Positions 48,058 through 54,532 of a stretch of 54,532 bases of DNA are shown piece by piece; the stretch's first letter is position 1; the number at the start of each line of letters is the position of its first letter. Origin of the DNA: Flavobacteriales bacterium. Lineage in GTDB: Bacteria > Bacteroidota > Bacteroidia > Flavobacteriales > Flavobacteriaceae. The stretch is from NCBI GenBank assembly GCA_024229195.1, contig JAAESS010000141.1, forward strand, positions 1 through 54,532. The letters run 5' to 3'. Under the pieces are notes generated by a model. That model ran no database searches. It was not told where the DNA came from and was given only the letters and a program-made list of their open reading frames with translations. A program made the translations under genes and the position numbers.

Positions 48058-49989
48058 ATGAAGGGTTTTTTACTCCATATATTGGTATTATTTTCTATTC
48101 ATGTCTATGCCCAGCAATCGGCTGCACCAGACCTTGACTACCTGAATGAGATCGTTAAATCAGAGAGTAAAAATGCCGCTCATAAAATTGCTTTTAAAGC
48201 AAATCCTAATACAACAAACTACGATGTTAGTTATCACAGACTTTTGTGGGAAGTTGACCCGGCAAAAGCTGAAATTAAGGGTGAAGTAACAACCTATCTC
48301 ACTGCTCTTACTGACTTAAACGAGATTGTTTTTGATTTGTCAGACAACATGAAAGTATCGCAAGTGATACAGAGAGGCCAAGGATTATCCTTTAGTCAAA
48401 ACAATAAGGACGAACTTATCATTAGTCTCCCATCTACCCAGAAACAGAATGTACTTGATTCTCTCACCATCATTTACCAGGGAAATCCTGTGAGTTCAGG
48501 CTTTGGCTCTTTTGAGATCAGCACTCATGGTCCGGCAAGAGTTCCGGTGCTCTGGACCTTATCAGAACCGTATGGTGCAAAGGGTTGGTGGCCCTGTAAG
48601 CAGGACCTGATCGACAAAATTGACTCTATCGATATATATATCAAGCATCCTGAAAGGTACAAAGCGGCGTCCAATGGCCTATTGATCTCCGAAAACACAA
48701 ATGCAGGTAAAACCTTAACCCATTGGCGTCATCAATTTCCCATTCCGGCCTATTTGATTGCAATCGCAGTAACAAATTACACCGTTTATAAAGACGATCC
48801 CAAAGGCTTGGAGTTTGACATTGTCAACTACGTGTATCCTGAAGGTTCTTCTAACACAAAAGAGCTGACAGCCATTACGCCGGATATTATGAAATTGTTT
48901 AATGAGCTGTTTGAAATGTATCCATTTGCCAAGGAAAAATATGGACATGCACAATTTGGCTGGGGTGGTGGCATGGAGCACACGACCATGACCTTTATGG
49001 GAGGATGGAGTCGAGGTCTGATAGCTCATGAATTGGCACACCAGTGGTTTGGCAATAAAATCACATGTGGAAGCTGGGAAGATATTTGGTTGAATGAAGG
49101 ATTTGCCACTTATCTTGATGGACTGGTTCGTGAAAATTTTGATGGTGAGGCTTCTTTTTCACAATGGAAGAGGGCTGTAGTCAATAGTGTAACCTCTTCG
49201 CCTTCAGGCTCAACCTTTGTAACTGACACGACCTCAGTTTCCAGAATTTTTAGCAGTCGCTTGAGCTACAGAAAAGGCGCAATGATCCTTCATATGCTCC
49301 GATACAAATTAGGAGACGAATCATTTTTTAAGGGCATCCAGAACTATCTTGCAGATCCACAACTTGCATTTGCTTATGCAAAAACACCACAACTGCAAAA
49401 ACATTTGGAAGAAGTAAGTGATACTTCTCTGGAAGAATTCTTTAAAGATTGGTTTTACGGTGAGGGATATCCTGAATACGAAGTGGTTTGGAATCAGGAT
49501 TCTTCTGATCAGATCATACATTTTCAGGTGAACCAGGAACAATCCCATCCTTCTGTTTCATTTTTTGATATGCCCCTGCCCATTACTGTGAATGGAACTT
49601 TTGGTGAAAAAGAAAAATTGCGCCTTGAAGTTTCAGAAAACAATCAATTATTCGGCATACAATTAGATTTTAACGTAGCTTCAATCGAGATCGATCCTGA
49701 TAGTCATTTGATTTCCAGAAATAATCAAGCTGTTCTCGGACTAGACGAAGAAACTTTAGATCAGACCGTTTCTATTTATCCAAATCCTGTTGAGGAAGAA
49801 TTGACCATCTCCGTAAACGGAATTTTGACCATAAGGAAGGTTCGTATATATAATGTTCTTGGAGAAAAAATCTTAGAACAAACAAATTCTCCAAATCGTT
49901 TGGACCTCAGAAAACTTGATTTTGGTATCCATTTGGTCGTCATAGATACCGATCAGGGCAGTCTTCATAAGACAATTCTAAAAAAATAG
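48058..49989 (+). CDS. M1 family zinc aminopeptidase with T9SS type A C-terminal sorting domain
   Basis: GGGMEH, HELAHQWFG...WLNEGFA, Y.KGA; CTD IYPNP...IYNVLG...KTILKK. Confidence 0.93.
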   Translation: MKGFLLHILVLFSIHVYAQQSAAPDLDYLNEIVKSESKNAAHKIAFKANPNTTNYDVSYHRLLWEVDPAKAEIKGEVTTYLTALTDLNEIVFDLSDNMKVSQVIQRGQGLSFSQNNKDELIISLPSTQKQNVLDSLTIIYQGNPVSSGFGSFEISTHGPARVPVLWTLSEPYGAKGWWPCKQDLIDKIDSIDIYIKHPERYKAASNGLLISENTNAGKTLTHWRHQFPIPAYLIAIAVTNYTVYKDDPKGLEFDIVNYVYPEGSSNTKELTAITPDIMKLFNELFEMYPFAKEKYGHAQFGWGGGMEHTTMTFMGGWSRGLIAHELAHQWFGNKITCGSWEDIWLNEGFATYLDGLVRENFDGEASFSQWKRAVVNSVTSSPSGSTFVTDTTSVSRIFSSRLSYRKGAMILHMLRYKLGDESFFKGIQNYLADPQLAFAYAKTPQLQKHLEEVSDTSLEEFFKDWFYGEGYPEYEVVWNQDSSDQIIHFQVNQEQSHPSVSFFDMPLPITVNGTFGEKEKLRLEVSENNQLFGIQLDFNVASIEIDPDSHLISRNNQAVLGLDEETLDQTVSIYPNPVEEELTISVNGILTIRKVRIYNVLGEKILEQTNSPNRLDLRKLDFGIHLVVIDTDQGSLHKTILKK

Positions 49990-50077
49990 CTCTTTTAACA
50001 ACTATTTCGGAATCCTGATTTCTTAATATTGCGCATAAAGTGTACATTTGTCCACCTTAAATTTTTGAAATTTATCC

Positions 50078-51412
50078 ATGGAAACCTATATAAAAATTAC
50101 CCAGTTCTTGTTGAGTTTGTCTCTACTAATCGTTTTACACGAATTGGGGCACTTTATCCCAGCTAAATTATTCAAGACAAGAGTTGAAAAATTTTATCTT
50201 TTCTTCGATTATAAATTTTCTCTTTTTAAAAAGAAAATAGGTGATACAGTGTATGGAATTGGGTGGATTCCTCTAGGAGGATATGTCAAAATATCCGGAA
50301 TGATCGATGAGAGCATGGACAAAGAACAAATGGCTCAACCGGCCAAGCCATGGGAATTCAGATCTAAACCGGCCTGGCAGCGTCTAATTATCATGCTTGG
50401 CGGAGTTACAGTGAATTTTATCCTTGGGATTTTCATCTATATCATGATGTTTAGTGCCTGGGGAGAGGATTATGTGGCTGCTGAGGATGTTAAGGAAGGG
50501 TTTTATGTAGTTGATCTGTTTGAAGAAATTGGATTCAGAGATGGTGATAAAATCAAAAAGATCAACGGGGAAGAACCCGTTAATGTTCTTAATGTGAATA
50601 GGTTTCTATTTTTACGAGATATTGCTACAATTGAAGTAGATCATACTGACGGTAATTCAGAGGTAATCGATCTGCCTGAAGATATTGGATTACAAATGTG
50701 GCAAACGGGTAATATGGATGCCTTTATCCCTCGAATTCTTGCTGTTCTTGACAGTGTCGTCCCCGAAACCCCTGCTTATGAGGCTGGATTAATGAAGGGT
50801 GATGTGATCAAAGAAGTAAATGATAAGCCTGTTTTATTTTGGGATGAATTTACATCGAAAGTAAAGAACAATCCTGAAAATTTGGAAATGAACATTACTG
50901 TTGAAAGAGATGGCCGTGCAGAATCATTTTTGATTATACCTGATGCTGAACAAACTATCGGTGTTTTTCCTAAAGGACCCTCAGATGATTTAATTACTTG
51001 GAGCCATAGAGATTATTCCTTTTCTGAAAGTATTGGACCTGGGTTTTCAAAGGCCTACTGGACCTTAAGAGATTATATGGCCCAGTTCAAATATGTGTTT
51101 ACAGAAAAAGGAGCCACTCAGTTGGGTGGTTTTATTACCATAGGAAGTATTTTCCCTTCAACCTGGGACTGGAGATCATTCTGGAGTATTACGGCATTAC
51201 TTTCAATTATGCTTGGTTTTATGAATTTATTGCCTATTCCGGCTTTAGATGGAGGCCATGTCGTATTTACACTTTATGAGATTATCAGTGGCAGAAAACC
51301 CAGCGATAAATTTCTTGAATATGCTCAGATAACAGGATTCATAATCCTAATTTCCTTATTGCTCTTTGCCAATGGAAATGACATCTATAAATGGCTAACC
51401 GGACAGATCTAA
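50078..51412 (+). CDS. rseP: RIP metalloprotease RseP
   Basis: HELGH, PLGGYVKI, PDZ domains, NLLPIPALDGGH; TACATTTG at 50043-50050. Confidence 0.95.
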   Translation: METYIKITQFLLSLSLLIVLHELGHFIPAKLFKTRVEKFYLFFDYKFSLFKKKIGDTVYGIGWIPLGGYVKISGMIDESMDKEQMAQPAKPWEFRSKPAWQRLIIMLGGVTVNFILGIFIYIMMFSAWGEDYVAAEDVKEGFYVVDLFEEIGFRDGDKIKKINGEEPVNVLNVNRFLFLRDIATIEVDHTDGNSEVIDLPEDIGLQMWQTGNMDAFIPRILAVLDSVVPETPAYEAGLMKGDVIKEVNDKPVLFWDEFTSKVKNNPENLEMNITVERDGRAESFLIIPDAEQTIGVFPKGPSDDLITWSHRDYSFSESIGPGFSKAYWTLRDYMAQFKYVFTEKGATQLGGFITIGSIFPSTWDWRSFWSITALLSIMLGFMNLLPIPALDGGHVVFTLYEIISGRKPSDKFLEYAQITGFIILISLLLFANGNDIYKWLTGQI

Positions 51413-51499
51413 CTTGTTGATAATTACTTTTTGCATCTATTTGTACATATTATTTGTAAGTAGCTGACTCTAAGTGCGTCTATTGTCAAAATGATCTGT

Positions 51500-51688
51500 A
51501 TGAAACAGTTATTCCTGTTTTTGATTCTAATTGGCACTGTTTATTCGTGCAGTGGTGATTCCGTAGAAATTCCAGTAAGTAACACCACACCTCCGGTGGA
51601 TAATCAAGGTTGGTTAATACCTGTTGGTGTCTGCCGATTTGTGCCCAAGTCAAATGGTCTGACTTTTGGTATGAACCTTTTTCTATAA
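51500..51688 (+). pseudogene. Truncated lipoprotein gene remnant (possibly a DUF3179-family N-terminus)
   Basis: MKQLFLFLILIGTVYSC lipobox, flexible linker, WLIPV, then sequence running into the atpC terminator; TGTAAG-N16-CGTC at 51455-51480 upstream. Confidence 0.5.
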
Positions 51689-51718
51689 AAAAATCCCCAT
51701 GCAATGCATGAGGATTTT
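51687..51718 (-). terminator. Intrinsic terminator of atpD-atpC
   Basis: Minus strand ATCCTCATGC-att-GCATGGGGAT followed by a T-run. Confidence 0.8.
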
Positions 51719-51740
51719 ATATTTTCTAAAATCAAAATGA

Positions 51741-52019
51741 TTAGTCCACAAGAATAATGATCTTGTTGTCACTCATTTCGATCGTACCGCTATTGATATT
51801 TAAAACCTTACTTCCATTATCGCCGTTTGAAAACTGATTTTCATAAGCTTCATCTAAAGTAAAATTTCCATTGATTCTAACTTTACCTTCTTGCAGCAAT
51901 GATACAATTGGGGCGTGGTTGTTAAGAATCTGAAACTCACCTACAACACCAGGCACGGTAACAGTATCAACTTCGCCCTGAAATATACTTGCTTCAGGTG
52001 TTACAATTTCTAAAAACAT
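51741..52019 (-). CDS. atpC: F0F1 ATP synthase epsilon subunit (short form, no C-terminal helices)
   Basis: LEIVTPE, PG..GEFQILNNHAPIVS.L; follows atpD. Confidence 0.93.
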   Translation of the reverse strand: MFLEIVTPEASIFQGEVDTVTVPGVVGEFQILNNHAPIVSLLQEGKVRINGNFTLDEAYENQFSNGDNGSKVLNINSGTIEMSDNKIIILVD

Positions 52020-52030
52020 AGTTTCTTATT

Positions 52031-53578
<1,548 letters not shown>

Positions 53579-53659
53579 TTACCCAGAACCAATTTAAATG
53601 CATTTTTTATTTGCGGTGCAAAGATATGTTTTTAATACAAAAATTAAACTTTTTTTTTA

Positions 53660-54532
53660 TTATTTTTTTAAGGCCAGAATATACTCAGCAACAGCTAATT
53701 TAGCATCTTCTGAAAGGTAATCCTGAGGAGGCATTTCAGGATAATCGTCACGTAGGTTTTTAGGATCGTTGATATAGTCAACAATTCCTTGAGGATTGTC
53801 TTTATAGATCATCTGGATTATATTGGTCGGGACCCCGATCAACCGAATATCAAAAGCATGACAACCTGAACAGATTCCGTAATAAGTCATTTCTCCTAAA
53901 TCTTTTTTACTGATGGCTCTTGCTTCAGCTGGCTCATCCAATAAAAAAGTTTTGGTATCAGCAGTACTGCTAATAGCGGGCGTACCAAAACTGCTCAAAC
54001 CCCATGTTCTGTAACGCTCCTTGTCTCTAATACTGCTGCCTTCACCTCCACCAATTGCGAGAATATCAGGTCCGGTGGTAGATAACTGTGTCATCATGAG
54101 GGCTTTTAATTCTCCTACAGGATTATTACCATTGTTAATCATAAAATTATCCAGAATGCTTATCCTGTCTGGATTAGGCTCTGAATCAGGATCATTGGAA
54201 GCCTCAGCTCCACCATTGGCAAAATCGGTAATAATAATTCCTGCATTATCATTTCCTGAAATGATATTGTTTTCAATGATCACGTCATCAGCCGCCATCA
54301 CAAGAATTCCTGTTCCGGGAGGAATTCCTGAAACAATTGATCCAGGTGCACCAAAATTCTCATGATTGTTTTTTGTGATGAAATTGTTTCTTATGATCAC
54401 ATCAAAAGTGGTTTTGATAGGCAGGCCTGGCGTAATAAAAGCCAAAACCCCTGCTGTATTGTCATATGCCAGGTAGTTCTATACAAGACAGTGTCTAGAA
54501 TTGTCGATGTCTATACCGGCTACATTTCCAAA
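53660..54532 (-). CDS. Parallel beta-helix repeat protein with C-terminal c-type cytochrome domain (5'-truncated; in-frame TAG at 54479-54481)
   Basis: GNVAGI.I.NS, NT.G.L, N..NF.APG.IV..IPPGTGILV beta-helix repeats; CSGCH at 53858-53872 and distal MPP. Confidence 0.75.

Overview
AT-rich core-chromosome segment of a Flavobacteriaceae (Bacteroidota) genome, inferred from gldB/gldC, a PorG-like gene, a T9SS-CTD cargo protein, a stand-alone atpD-atpC operon and many TAnnTTTG promoters. It holds about 52 mostly housekeeping genes: pdhB, etfBA, nupC-thyA-folA, sppA, a folK-deoxynucleoside kinase fusion, gldBC, nadE, dnaG, tig-clpP-clpX, pdxJ, nadK-porG-uppS-bamA-skp-skp, nfuA, several peptidases, rsgA, dtd, feoAB, sco, rseP and atpDC. 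I saw no tRNA, rRNA, CRISPR array, IS element, prophage or defence system, and no clear-cut new multi-gene system. The best leads are small-scale: (i) a divergent AraC / tandem-CTD-like secreted protein module with 21-bp-spaced direct repeats; (ii) a chimeric pseudogene that appears to be two DUF3857/transglutaminase genes collapsed into one frame; (iii) five clustered O-glycosylation sequons in a BamA N-terminal tail; (iv) a primase zinc-binding domain lacking all four Zn ligands; (v) a parallel beta-helix / cytochrome c fusion cut by the window end; (vi) several cis-elements (TATGCATGCATA palindrome, Fur-like box, two ECF-type promoters) and a 39-aa Cys-rich gene missed by the ORF track. Family assignments come from recognised motifs and recalled family knowledge, not from database searches.
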